64,000 nt of DNA, from the NCBI GenBank assembly GCA_964016885.1, contig OZ024742.1:342922001-342986000 (forward strand). The letters run 5' to 3'. Of the stretch, positions 28,601-42,925 are shown one piece after another. Numbering within the stretch: position 1 is the first letter of the stretch; each line of letters starts with the position of its first letter. This DNA comes from Eledone cirrhosa (Eukaryota). Under the pieces are notes generated by a model that worked only from the letters and a program-made list of their open reading frames with translations, made no database searches and was not told where the DNA came from. Both the position numbers and the translations under genes were made by a program.

Positions 28601-31600
28601 GGTATGAAGTATGTGATCTCCAGTGGTATGAAGTATGCGATCTACAGTGGTATGAAGTATGTGATCTCCTGTGGTATGAAGTATGTGATCTACAGTGGTA
28701 TGAAGTATGTTAGCTCCTGTGGTATGAAGTATGTGATCTCCAGTGGTATGAAGTATGTGATCTAAAGTGGTATGAAGTATGTGATCTACAGTGGTATGAA
28801 GTATGTGATCTACAGTGGTATGAAGTATGTAATATCCTGTGATATGAAGTATGTGATATCCTGTGGTATGAAGTATGTGATATCCTGTGGTATGAAGTAT
28901 GTGATCTCCAGTGGTATGAAGTATGTCAGCTCCAGTGGTATGAAGTATGTGATCTCCAGTAGTATGAAGTATGTCAGCTCCAGTGGTATGAAGTATGTGA
29001 TCTACAGTGGTATGAAGTATGTCAGCTCCAGTGGTATGAACTATGTGATCTACAGTGGTATGAAGTATGTAATCTACAGTGGTATGAAGTATGTGATCTC
29101 CAGTGGTATGAAGTATGTGATCTCCTGTCGTATGAAATATGTCAGCTCCAGTGGTATGAAGTATGTGATCTCCAGTGGTATTAAGTATGTGATCTCCAGT
29201 GGTATGAAATTTGTGATCTACAGTGGTATGAAGTATGTGATCTCCAGTGGTATGAAGTATGTGATCTCCAGTGATATGAAAATGGTCATATCCTGTGGTA
29301 TGAAGTATGTGATCTCCAGTGGTATGAAGTATGTCAACTCCAGTGGTATGAAGTATGTGATCTCCAGTGGTATGAAGTATGTCAGCTCCAGTGGTATGAA
29401 GTATGTGATCTCCAGTGGTATGAAGTATGTGATCTCCAGTGGTATGAAATATGTGATCTACAGTGGTATGAAGTATGTTAGCTCCAGTGGTATGAAGTAT
29501 GTGATCTACAGTGGTATGAAGTATGTCAGCTCCAGTGGTATGAAGTATGTGATCTCCAGTGGTATGAAGTATGTGATCTCCTGTGGTATGAAGTATGTGA
29601 TCTACAGTGGTATGAAGTATGTGATCTACAGTGGTATGAAGTATGTGATCTACAGTGGTATGAAGTATGTGATCTACAGTGGTATGAAGTATGTGATCTA
29701 CAGTGGTATGAAGTATGTCAGCTCCAGTGGTATGAAGTATGTGATCTACAGTGGTATGAAGTATGTCAGCTCCAGTGGTATGAAGTATGTGATCTCCAGT
29801 GGTATGAAGTATGTGATCTTCAGTGGTATGAAGTATGTGATCTCCATTGGTATGAAGTATGTGATCTACAGTGGTATGAAGTATGTGATCTACAGTGGTA
29901 TGAAGTATGTGATCTACAGTGGTATGAAGTATGTGATCTACAGTGGTATGAAGTATGTGATCTACAGTGGTATGAAGTATGTCAGCTCCAGTGGTATGAA
30001 GTATGTGATCTACAGTGGTATGAAGTATGTGATCTACAGTGGTATGAATTATGTTATCTACAGTGGTATAAAGTATGTTAGCTCCAGTGGTATGAAGTAT
30101 GTGATCTACAGTGGTATGAAGTATGTCAGCTCCAGTGGTATGAAGTATGTGATCTACAGTGGTATGAAGTATGTGATCTCCAGTGGTATGAAGTATGTGA
30201 TCTCCTGTGGTATGAAGTATGTGATCTACAGTGGTATGAAGTATGTGATCTACAGTGGTATGAAGTATGTGATCTACAGTGGTATGAAGTATGTGATCTA
30301 CAGTGGTATGAAGTATGTGATCTACAGTGGTATGAAGTATGTCAGCTCCAGTGGTATGAAGTATGTGATCTACAGTGGTATGAAGTATGTGATCTACAGT
30401 GGTATGAAGTATGTGATCTACAGTGGTATGAAGTATGTGATCTACAGTGGTATGAAGTATGTGATCTACAGTGGTATGAAGTATGTGATCTACAGTGGTA
30501 TGAAGTATGTGATCTACAGTGGTATGAAGTATGTGATCTACAGTGGTATGAAGTATGTGATCTACAGTGGTATGAAGTATGTCAGCTCCAGTGGTATGAA
30601 GTATGTGATCTACAGTGGTATGAAGTATGTGATCTACGGTGGTATGAATTATGTTATCTACAGTGGTATAAAGTATGTCAGCTCCAGTGGTATGAAGTAT
30701 GTGATCTACAGTGGTATGAAGTATGTGATCTACAGTGGTATGAAGTATGTCAGCTCCAGTGGTATGACGTATGTGATCTACAGTGGTATGAAGTATGTGA
30801 TCTACAGTGGTATGAATATGTGATCTACAGTGGTATGATGTATGTGATCTCCAGTAGTATGAAGTATGTGATCTACAGTGGTATGAAGTATGTGATCTAC
30901 AGTGGTATGAAGTATGTGATCTACAGTGGTATGAAGTATGTGATCTACAGTGGTATGAAGTATGTGATCTACAGTGGTATGCAGTATGTGATCTACAGTG
31001 GTATGAAGTATGTGATCTACAGTGGTATGAAGTATGTGATCTACAGTGGTATGAAGTATGTGATCTACAGTGGTATGAAGTATGTGATATCCTGTGGTAT
31101 GAAGTATGTGATCTCCTGTGGTATGAAGTATGTGATATCCTGTGGTATGAAGTATGTGATATCCAGTGGTATGAAGTATGTGATCTACAGTGGTATGAAG
31201 TATGTGATCTACAGTGGTATGAAGTATGTGATATCCTGTGGTATGAAGTATGTGATCTCCAGTGGTATGAAGTATGTGATATCCTGTGGTATGAAGTATG
31301 TGATATCCTGTGGTATGAAGTATGTGATCTACAGTGGTATGAAGTATGTGATATCCTGTGGTATGAAGTATGTGATCTCCAGTGGTATGAAGTATGTGAT
31401 ACCCTGTGGTATGAAGTATGTGATATCCTGTGGTATGAAGTATGTGATCTACAGTGGTATGATGTATGTAATCTCCAGTGGTATGAAGTATGTGATCTAC
31501 AGTGGTATGATGTATGTAATCTCCAGTGGTATGAAGTATGTGATCTCCAGTGGTATGAAGTATGTTATCTCCAGTGGTATGAAGTATGTGATCTCCAGTG

Positions 31601-34600
31601 GTATGAAGTATGTGAACTCCAGTGGTATGAAGTATGTAATCTCCAGTGGTATGAAGTATGTGATTGTGGTATGAAGTATGTGATCTCCAGTAGTATGAAG
31701 TATTTTAGCTCCAGTGGTATGAAGTATGTCAGCTCCAGTGGTATGAAGTATGTGATCTACAGTGGTATGAAGTATGTGATCTACAGTGGTATGAAGTATG
31801 TCATCTCCAGTGGTATGAAGTATGTCATCTCCAGTGGTATGAAGTATGTGATCTCCAGTGGTATGAAGTATGTGATCTCCAGTGGTATGAAGTATGTGAT
31901 ATCCAGTGGTATGAAGTATGTGATCTACAGTGGTATTAAGTATGTGATCTCCAGTGGTATGAAGTATGTGATATGCAGTGGTATGAAGTATGTGATCTAC
32001 AGTGGTATGAATATGTCAGCTCCAGTGGTATGAAGTATGTGATCTCCTGTGGTATGAAGTATGTTATCTACAGTGGTATGAAGTATGTGATCTCCAGTGG
32101 TCTGAAGTATGTGATCTACAGTGGTATGAAGTATGTGATATCCTGTGGTATGAAGTATGTGATCTCCAGTGGTATGAAGTATGTCAGCTCCAGTGGTATG
32201 TAGTATGTGATCTCCTGTGGTATGAAGTATGTGATCTACAGTGGTATGAAGTATGTGATCTCCAGTGGTATGAAGTATGTGATCTACAGTGGTATGAAGT
32301 ATGTGATATCCTGTGGTATGAAGTATGTGATCTCCAGTGGTATGAAGTATGTCAGCTCCAGTGGTATGAAGTATGTGATCTCCAGTGGTATGAAGTATGC
32401 GATCTACAGTGGTATGAAGTATGTGATCTCCTGTGGTATGAAGTATGTGATCTACAGTGGTATGAAGTATGTTAGCTCCTGTGGTATGAAGTATGTGATC
32501 TCCAGTGGTATGAAGTATGTGATCTAAAGTGCTATGAAGTATGTGATCTACAGTGGTATGAAGTATGTGATCTACAGTGGTATGAAGTATGTAATATCCT
32601 GTGATATGAAGTATGTGATATCCTGTGGTATGAAGTATGTGATATCCTGTGGTATGAAGTATGTGATCTCCAGTGGTATGAAGTATGTCAGCTCCAGTGG
32701 TATGAAGTATGTGATCTCCAGTAGTATGAAGTATGTCAGCTCCAGTGGTATGAAGTATGTGATCTACAGTGGTATGAAGTATGTCAGCTCCAGTGGTATG
32801 AAGTATGTGATCTACAGTGGTATGAAGTATGTAATCTACAGTGGTATGAAGTATGTGATCTCCAGTGGTATGAAGTATGTGATCTCCTGTCGTATGAAAT
32901 ATGTCAGCTCCAGTGGTATGAAGTATGTGATCTCCAGTGGTATGAAGTATGTGATCTACAGTGGTATGAAATTTGTGATCTACAGTGGTATGAAGTATGT
33001 GATCTCCAGTGGTATGAAGTATGTGATCTCCAGTGATATGAAATATGTCATATCCTGTGGTATGAAGTATGTGATCTCCAGTGGTATGAAGTATGTCAAC
33101 TCCAGTGGTATGAAGTATGTGATCTCCAGTGGTATGAAGTATGTCAGCTCCAGTGGTATGAAGTATGTGATCTCCAGTGGTATGAAGTATGTGATCTCCA
33201 GTGGTATGAAATATGTGATCTACAGTGGTATGAAGTATGTTAGCTCCAGTGGTATGAAGTATGTGATCTACAGTGGTATGAAGTATGTCAGCTCCAGTGG
33301 TATGAAGTATGTGATCTCCAGTGGTATGAAGTATGTGATCTCCTGTGGTATGAAGTATGTGATCTACAGTGGTATGAAGTATGTGATCTACAGTGGTATG
33401 AAGTATGTGATCTACAGTGGTATGAAGTATGTGATCTACAGTGGTATGAAGTATGTGATCTACAGTGGTATGAAGTATGTCAGCTCCAGTGGTATGAAGT
33501 ATGTGATCTACAGTGGTATGAAGTATGTCAGCTCCAGTGGTATGAAGTATGTGATCTCCAGTGGTATGAAGTATGTGATCTTCAGTGGTATGAAGTATGT
33601 GATCTCCATTGGTATGAAGTATGTGATCTACAGTGGTATGAAGTATGTGATCTACAGTGGTATGAATATGTGATCTACAGTGGTATGAAGTATGTGATCT
33701 CCAGTAGTATGAAGTATGTGATCTACAGTGGTATGAAGTATGTGATCTACAGTGGTATGAAGTATGTGATCTACAGTGGTATGAAGTATGTGATCTACAG
33801 TGGTATGAAGTATGTGATCTACAGTGGTATGCAGTATGTGATCTACAGTGGTATGAAGTATGTGATCTACAGTGGTATGAAGTATGTCAGCTCCAGTGGT
33901 ATGAAGTATGTGATCTACAGTGGTATGAAGTATGTGATATCCTGTGGTATGAAGTATGTGATCTCCTGTGGTATGAAGTATGTGATATCCTGTGGTATGA
34001 AGTATGTGATATCCAGTGGTATGAAGTATGTGATCTACAGTGGTATGAAGTATGTGATCTACAGTGGTATGAATTATGTGATATCCTGTGGTATGAAGTA
34101 TGTGATCTCCAGTGGTATGAAGTATGTGATATCCTGTGGTATGATGTATGTGATATCCTGTGGTATGAAGTATGTGATCTACAGTGGTATGAAGTATGTG
34201 ATATCCTGTGGTATGAAGTATGTGATCTCCAGTGGTATGAAGTATGTGATATCCTGCGGTATGAAGTATGTGATATCCTGTGGTATGAAGTATGTGATCT
34301 ACAGTGGTATGATGTATGTAATCTCCAGTGGTATGAAGTATGTGATCTACAGTGGTATGATGTATGTAATCTCCAGTGGTATGAAGTATGTGATCTCCAG
34401 TGGTATGAAGTATGTGATCTCCAGTGGTATGAAGTATGTGATCTCCAGTGGTATGAAGTATGTGAACTCCAGTGGTATGAAGTATGTAATCTCCAGTGGT
34501 ATGAAGTATGTGATTGTGGTATGAAGTATGTGATCTCCAGTAGTATGAAGTATTTCAGCTCCAGTGGTATGAAGTATGTGATATCCTGTGGTATGAAGTA

Positions 34601-37600
34601 TGCGATCTCCAGTGGTATGAAGTATGTGATCTCCAGTGGTATGAAGTATGTCATCTCCAGTGGTATGAAGTATGTGATCTCCAGTGGTATGAAGTATGTG
34701 ATCTCCAGTGGTATGAAGTATGTGATATGCAGTGGTATGAAGTATGTGATCTACAGTGGTATGAAGTATGTGATCTCCAGTGGTATGAAGTATGTGATAT
34801 CCAGTGGTATGAAGTATGTGATCTACAGTGGTATGAATATGTCAGCTCCAGTGGTATGAAGTATGTGATCTCCTGTGGTATGAAGTATGTGATCTACAGT
34901 GGTATGAAGTATGTGATCTCCAGTGGTCTGAAGTATGTGATCTACAGTGGTATGAAGTATGTGATATCCTGTGGTATGAAGTATGTGATCTCCAGTGGTA
35001 TGAAGTATGTCAGCTCCAGTGGTATGAAGTATGTGATCTCCTGTGGTATGAAGTATGTGATCTACAGTGGTATGAATTATGTGATCACCAGTGGTATGAA
35101 GTATGTGATCTACAGTGGTATGAAGTATGTGATATCCTGTGGTATGAAGTATGTGATCTCCAGTGGTATGAAGTATGTCAGCTCCAGTGGTATGAAGTAT
35201 GTGATCTCCAGTGGTATGAAGTATGCGATCTACAGGGGTATGAAGTATGTGATCTCCTGTGGTATGAAGTATGTGATCTACAGTGGTATGAAGTATGTTA
35301 GCTCCTGTGGTATGAAGTTCGTGATCTCCAGTGGTATGAAGTATGTGATCTAAAGTGGTATGAAGTATGTGATCTACAGTGGTATGAAGTATGTGATCTA
35401 CAGTGGTATGAAGTATGTAATATCCTGTGATATGAAGTATGTGATATCCTGTGGTATGAAGTATGTGATATCCTGTGGTATGAAGTATGTGATCTCCAGT
35501 GGTATGAAGTATGTCAGCTCCAGTGGTATGAAGTATGTGATCTCCAGTAGTATGAAGTATGTCAGCTCCAGTGGTATGAAGTATGTGATCTACAGTGGTA
35601 TGAAGTATGTCAGCTCCAGTGGTATGAAGTATGTGATCTACAGTGGTATGAAGTATGTAATCTACAGTGGTATGAAGTATGTGATCTCCAGTGGTATGAA
35701 GTATGTGATCTCCTGTCGTATGAAATATGTCAGCTCCAGTGGTATGAAGTATGTGATCTCCAGTGGTATGAAGTATGTGATCTCCAGTGGTATGAAATTT
35801 GTGATCTACAGTGGTATGAAGTATGTGATCTCCAGTGGTATGAAGTATGTGATCTCCAGTGATATGAAATATGTCATATCCTGTGGTATGAAGTATGTGA
35901 TCTCCAGTGGTATGAAGTATGTCAACTCCAGTGGTATGAAGTATGTGATCTCCAGTGGTATGAAGTATGTCAGCTCCAGTGGTATGAAGTATGTGATCTC
36001 CAGTGGTATGAAGTATGTGATCTCCAGTGGTATGAAATATGTGATCTACAGTGGTATGAAGTATGTTAGCTCCAGTGGTATGAAGTATGTGATCTACAGT
36101 GGTATGAAGTATGTCAGCTCCAGTGGTATGAAGTATGTGATATCCAGTGGTATGAAGTATGTGATCTCCTGTGGTATGAAGTATGTGATCTACAGTGGTA
36201 TGAAGTATGTGATCTACAGTGGTATGAAGTATGTGATCTACAGTGGTATGAAGTATGTGATCTACAGTGGTATGAAGTATGTGATCTACAGTGGTATGAA
36301 GTATGTCAGCTCCAGTGGTATGAAGTATGTGATCTACAGTGGTATGAAGTATGTCAGCTCCAGTGGTATGAAGTATGTGATCTCCAGTGGTATGAAGTAT
36401 GTGATCTTCAGTGGTATGAAGTATGTGATCTCCATTGGTATGAAGTATGTGATCTACAGTGGTATGAAGTATGTGATCTACAGTGGTATGAAGTATGTGA
36501 TCTACAGTGGTATGAAGTATGCGATCTACAGTGGTATGAAGTATGTGATCTCCTGTGGTATGAAGTATGTGATCTACAGTGGTATGAAGTATGTTAGCTC
36601 CTGTGGTATGAAGTTCGTGATCTCCAGTGGTATGAAGTATGTGATCTAAAGTGGTATGAAGTATGTGATCTACAGTGGTATGAAGTATGTGATCTACAGT
36701 GGTATGAAGTATGTAATATCCTGTGATATGAAGTATGTGATATCCTGTGGTATGAAGTATGTGATATCCTGTGGTATGAAGTATGTGATCTCCAGTGGTA
36801 TGAAGTATGTCAGCTCCAGTGGTATGAAGTATGTGATCTCCAGTAGTATGAAGTATGTCAGCTCCAGTGGTATGAAGTATGTGATCTACAGTGGTATGAA
36901 GTATGTCAGCTCCAGTGGTATGAAGTATGTGATCTACAGTGGTATGAAGTATGTAATCTACAGTGGTATGAAGTATGTGATCTCCAGTGGTATGAAGTAT
37001 GTGATCTCCTGTCGTATGAAATATGTCAGCTCCAGTGGTATGAAGTATGTGATCTCCAGTGGTATGAAGTATGTGATCTCCAGTGGTATGAAATTTGTGA
37101 TCTACAGTGGTATGAAGTATGTGATCTCCAGTGGTATGAAGTATGTGATCTCCAGTGATATGAAATATGTCATATCCTGTGGTATGAAGTATGTGATCTC
37201 CAGTGGTATGAAGTATGTCAACTCCAGTGGTATGAAGTATGTGATCTCCAGTGGTATGAAGTATGTCAGCTCCAGTGGTATGAAGTATGTGATCTCCAGT
37301 GGTATGAAGTATGTGATCTCCAGTGGTATGAAATATGTGATCTACAGTGGTATGAAGTATGTTAGCTCCAGTGGTATGAAGTATGTGATCTACAGTGGTA
37401 TGAAGTATGTCAGCTCCAGTGGTATGAAGTATGTGATATCCAGTGGTATGAAGTATGTGATCTCCTGTGGTATGAAGTATGTGATCTACAGTGGTATGAA
37501 GTATGTGATCTACAGTGGTATGAAGTATGTGATCTACAGTGGTATGAAGTATGTGATCTACAGTGGTATGAAGTATGTGATCTACAGTGGTATGAAGTAT

Positions 37601-40550
37601 GTCAGCTCCAGTGGTATGAAGTATGTGATCTACAGTGGTATGAAGTATGTCAGCTCCAGTGGTATGAAGTATGTGATCTCCAGTGGTATGAAGTATGTGA
37701 TCTTCAGTGGTATGAAGTATGTGATCTCCATTGGTATGAAGTATGTGATCTACAGTGGTATGAAGTATGTGATCTACAGTGGTATGAAGTATGTGATCTA
37801 CAGTGGTATGAAGTATGTGATCTACAGTGGTATGAAGTATGTGATCTACAGTGGTATGAAGTATGTCAGCTCCAGTGGTATGAAGTATGTGATCTACAGT
37901 GGTATGAAGTATGTGATCTACAGTGGTATGAATTATGTTATCTACAGTGGTATAAAGTATGTCAGCTCCAGTGGTATGAAGTATGTGATCTACAGTGGTA
38001 TGAAGTATGTGATCTACAGTGGTATGAAGTATGTGATATCCTGTGGTATGAAGTATGTGATCTCCTGTGGTATGAAGTATGTGATATCCTGTGGTATGAA
38101 GTATGTGATATCCAGTGGTATGAAGTATGTGATCTACAGTGGTATGAAGTATGTGATCTACAGTGGTATGAATTATGTGATATCCTGTGGTATGAAGTAT
38201 GTGATCTCCAGTGGTATGAAGTATGTGATATCCTGTGGTATGATGTATGTGATATCCTGTGGTATGAAGTATGTGATCTACAGTGGTATGAAGTATGTGA
38301 TATCCTGTGGTATGAAGTATGTGATCTCCAGTGGTATGAAGTATGTGATATCCTGTGGTATGAAGTATGTGATATCCTGTGGTATGAAGTATGTGATCTA
38401 CAGTGGTATGATGTATGTAATCTCCAGTGGTATGAAGTATGTGATCTACAGTGGTATGATGTATGTAATCTCCAGTGGTATGAAGTATGTGATCTCCAGT
38501 GGTATGAAGTATGTGATCTCCAGTGGTATGAAGTATGTGATCTCCAGTGGTATGAAGTATGTGAACTCCAGTGGTATGAAGTATGTAATCTCCAGTGGTA
38601 TGAAGTATGTGATTGTGGTATGAAGTATGTGATCTCCAGTAGTATGAAGTATTTCAGCTCCAGTGGTATGAAGTATGTGATATCCTGTGGTATGAAGTAT
38701 GCGATCTCCAGTGGTATGAAGTATGTGATCTCCAGTGGTATGAAGTATGTCATCTCCAGTGGTATGAAGTATGTGATCTCCAGTGGTATGAAGTATGTGA
38801 TCTCCAGTGGTATGAAGTATGTGATATCCAGTGGTATGAAGTATGTGATCTACAGTGGTATGAAGTATGTGATCTCCAGTGGTATGAAGTATGTGATATC
38901 CAGTGGTATGAAGTATGTGATCTACAGTGGTATGAATATGTCAGCTCCAGTGGTATGAAGTATGTGATCTCCTGTGGTATGAAGTATGTGATCTACAGTG
39001 GTATGAAGTATGTGATCTCCAGTGGTCTGAAGTATGTGATCTACAGTGGTATGAAGTATGTGATATCCTGTGGTATGAAGTATGTGATCTCCAGTGGTAT
39101 GAAGTATGTCAGCTCCAGTGGTATGAAGTATGTGATCTCCTGTGGTATGAAGTATGTGATCTACAGTGGTATGAATTATGTGATCACCAGTGGTATGAAG
39201 TATGTGATCTACAGTGGTATGAAGTATGTGATATCCTGTGGTATGAAGTATGTGATCTCCAGTGGTATGAAGTATGTCAGCTCCAGTGGTATGAAGTATG
39301 TGATCTCCAGTGGTATGAAGTATGCGATCTACAGTGGTATGAAGTATGTGATCTCCTGTGGTATGAAGTATGTGATCTACAGTGGTATGAAGTATGTTAG
39401 CTCCTGTGGTATGAAGTATGTGATCTCCAGTAGTATGAAGTATGTCAGCTCCAGTGGTATGAAGTATGTGATCTACAGTGGTATGAAGTATGTCAGCTCC
39501 AGTGGTATGAACTATGTGATCTACAGTGGTATGAAGTATGTAATCTACAGTGGTATGAAGTATGTGATCTCCAGTGGTATGAAGTATGTGATCTCCTGTC
39601 CTATGAAATATGTCAGCTCCAGTGGTATGAAGTATGTGATCTCCAGTGGTATGAAGTATGTGATCTCCAGTGGTATGAAATTTGTGATCTACAGTGGTAT
39701 GAAGTATGTGATCTCCAGTGGTATGAAGTATGTGATCTCCAGTGATATGAAAATGGTCATATCCTGTGGTATGAAGTATGTGATCTCCAGTGGTATGAAG
39801 TATGTCAACTCCAGTGGTATGAAGTATGTGATCTCCAGTGGTATGAAGTATGTCAGCTCCAGTGGTATGAAGTATGTGATCTCCAGTGGTATGAAGTATG
39901 TGATCTCCAGTGGTATGAAATATGTGATCTACAGTGGTATGAAGTATGTTAGCTCCAGTGGTATGAAGTATGTGATCTACAGTGGTATGAAGTATGTCAG
40001 CTCCAGTGGTATGAAGTATGTGATCTCCAGTGGTATGAAGTATGTGATCTCCTGTGGTATGAAGTATGTGATCTACAGTGGTATGAAGTATGTGATCTAC
40101 AGTGGTATGAAGTATGTGATCTACAGTGGTATGAAGTATGTGATCTACAGTGGTATGAAGTATGTGATCTACAGTGGTATGAAGTATGTCAGCTCCAGTG
40201 GTATGAAGTATGTGATCTACAGTGGTATGAAGTATGTCAGCTCCAGTGGTATGAAGTATGTGATCTCCAGTGGTATGAAGTATGTGATCTTCAGTGGTAT
40301 GAAGTATGTGATCTCCATTGGTATGAAGTATGTGATCTACAGTGGTATGAAGTATGTGATCTACAGTGGTATGAAGTATGTGATCTACAGTGGTATGAAG
40401 TATGTGATCTACAGTGGTATGAAGTATGTGATCTACAGTGGTATGAAGTATGTCAGCTCCAGTGGTATGAAGTATGTGATCTACAGTGGTATGAAGTATG
40501 TGATCTACAGTGGTATGAATTATGTTATCTACAGTGGTATAAAGTATGTC
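20900..40550. repeat. About 9.4-kb super-duplication (second copy lengthened by a 1296-bp internal duplication)
   Basis: Offsets of 9415 (21405/30820, 22256/31671, 23119/32534, 24255/33670), then 9391 (25130/34521, 25969/35360), then 10687 (27933/38620, 28268/38955). Private variants shared: TAAAGTGCT (23110/32525), TCCTGCGGT (24861/34252), AAGTTCGTG (25924/35315/36611), AAAATGGTC (about 29279/39750). Confidence 0.85.
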
Positions 40551-40899
40551 AGCTCCAGTGGTATGAAGTATGTGATCTACAGTGGTATGAAGTATGTGAT
40601 CTACAGTGGTATGAAGTATGTCAGCTCCAGTGGTATGACGTATGTGATCTACAGTGGTATGAAGTATGTGATCTACAGTGGTATGAATATGTGATCTACA
40701 GTGGTATGATTATGTGATCTCCAGTAGTATGAAGTATGTGATCTACAGTGGTATGAAGTATGTGATCTACAGTGGTATGAAGTATGTGATCTACAGTGGT
40801 ATGAAGTATGTGATCTACAGTGGTATGAAGTATGTGATCTACAGTGGTATGCAGTATGTGATCTACAGTGGTATGAAGTATGTGATCTACAGTGGTATG

Positions 40900-42925
40900 A
40901 AGTATGTGATCTACAGTGGTATGAAGTATGTCAGCTCCAGTGGTATGAAGTATGTGATCTACAGTGGTATGAAGTATGTGATCTACAGTGGTATGAAGTA
41001 TGTGATATCCTGTGGTATGAAGTATGTGATCTCCTGTGGTATGAAGTATGTGATATCCTGTGGTATGAAGTATGTGATATCCAGTGGTATGAAGTATGTG
41101 ATCTACAGTGGTATGAAGTATGTGATCTACAGTGGTATGAAGTATGTGATATCCTGTGGTATGAAGTATGTGATCTCCAGTGGTATGAAGTATGTGATAT
41201 CCTGTGGTATGAAGTATGTGATCTACAGTGGTATGAAGTATGTGATATCCTGTGGTATGAAGTATGTGATCTCCAGTGGTATGAAGTATGTGATATCCTG
41301 TGGTATGAAGTATGTGATATCCTGTGGTATGAAGTATGTGATCTACAGTGGTATGATGTATGTAATCTCCAGTGGTATGAAGTATGTGATCTACAGTGGT
41401 ATGATGTATGTAATCTCCAGTGGTATGAAGTATGTGATCTCCAGTGGTATGAAGTATGTTATCTCCAGTGGTATGAAGTATGTGATCTCCAGTGGTATGA
41501 AGTATGTGAACTCCAGTGGTATGAAGTATGTAATCTCCAGTGGTATGAAGTATGTGATTGTGGTATGAAGTATGTGATCTCCAGTAGTATGAAGTATTTT
41601 AGCTCCAGTGGTATGAAGTATGTCAGCTCCAGTGGTATGAAGTATGTGATGTCCTGTGGTATGAAGTATGTGATCTCCAGTGGTATGAAGTATGTCATCT
41701 CCAGTGGTATGAAGTATGTCATCTCCAGTGGTATGAAGTATGTGATCTCCAGTGGTATGAAGTATGTGATCTCCAGTGGTATGAAGTATGTGATATCCAG
41801 TGGTATGAAGTATGTGATCTACAGTGGTATTAAGTATGTGATCTCCAGTGGTATGAAGTATGTGATATCCAGTGGTATGAAGTATGTGATCTACAGTGGT
41901 ATGAATATGTCAGCTCCAGTGGTATGAAGTATGTCAGCTCCAGTGGTATGAAGTATGTGATCTACAGTGGTATGAAGTATGTGATCTACAGTGGTATGAA
42001 GTATGTGATATCCTGTGGTATGAAGTATGTGATCTCCTGTGGTATGAAGTATGTGATATCCTGTGGTATGAAGTATGTGATATCCAGTGGTATGAAGTAT
42101 GTGATCTACAGTGGTATGAAGTATGTGATCTACAGTGGTATGAAGTATGTGATATCCTGTGGTATGAAGTATGTGATCTCCAGTGGTATGAAGTATGTGA
42201 TATCCTGTGGTATGAAGTATGTGATCTACAGTGGTATGAAGTATGTGATATCCTGTGGTATGAAGTATGTGATCTCCAGTGGTATGAAGTATGTGATATC
42301 CTGTGGTATGAAGTATGTGATATCCTGTGGTATGAAGTATGTGATCTCCAGTGGTATGATGTATGTAATCTCCAGTGGTATGAAGTATGTGATCTACAGT
42401 GGTATGATGTATGTAATCTCCAGTGGTATGAAGTATGTGATCTCCAGTGGTATGAAGTATGTTATCTCCAGTGGTATGAAGTATGTGATCTCCAGTGGTA
42501 TGAAGTATGTGAACTCCAGTGGTATGAAGTATGTAATCTCCAGTGGTATGAAGTATGTGATTGTGGTATGAAGTATGTGATCTCCAGTAGTATGAAGTAT
42601 TTTAGCTCCAGTGGTATGAAGTATGTCAGCTCCAGTGGTATGAAGTATGTGATGTCCTGTGGTATGAAGTATGTGATCTCCAGTGGTATGAAGTATGTCA
42701 TCTCCAGTGGTATGAAGTATGTCATCTCCAGTGGTATGAAGTATGTGATCTCCAGTGGTATGAAGTATGTGATCTCCAGTGGTATGAAGTATGTGATATC
42801 CAGTGGTATGAAGTATGTGATCTACAGTGGTATTAAGTATGTGATCTCCAGTGGTATGAAGTATGTGATATCCAGTGGTATGAAGTATGTGATCTACAGT
42901 GGTATGAATATGTCAGCTCCAGTGG
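40900..42925. repeat. 1003-bp (42-monomer) tandem duplication
   Basis: 20-bp monomers at 41545/42548 and 23-bp monomers at 41901/42904. 1003 = 42 x 24 - 5. Identical ORF-track translations at 41565 and 42568. Confidence 0.85.
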
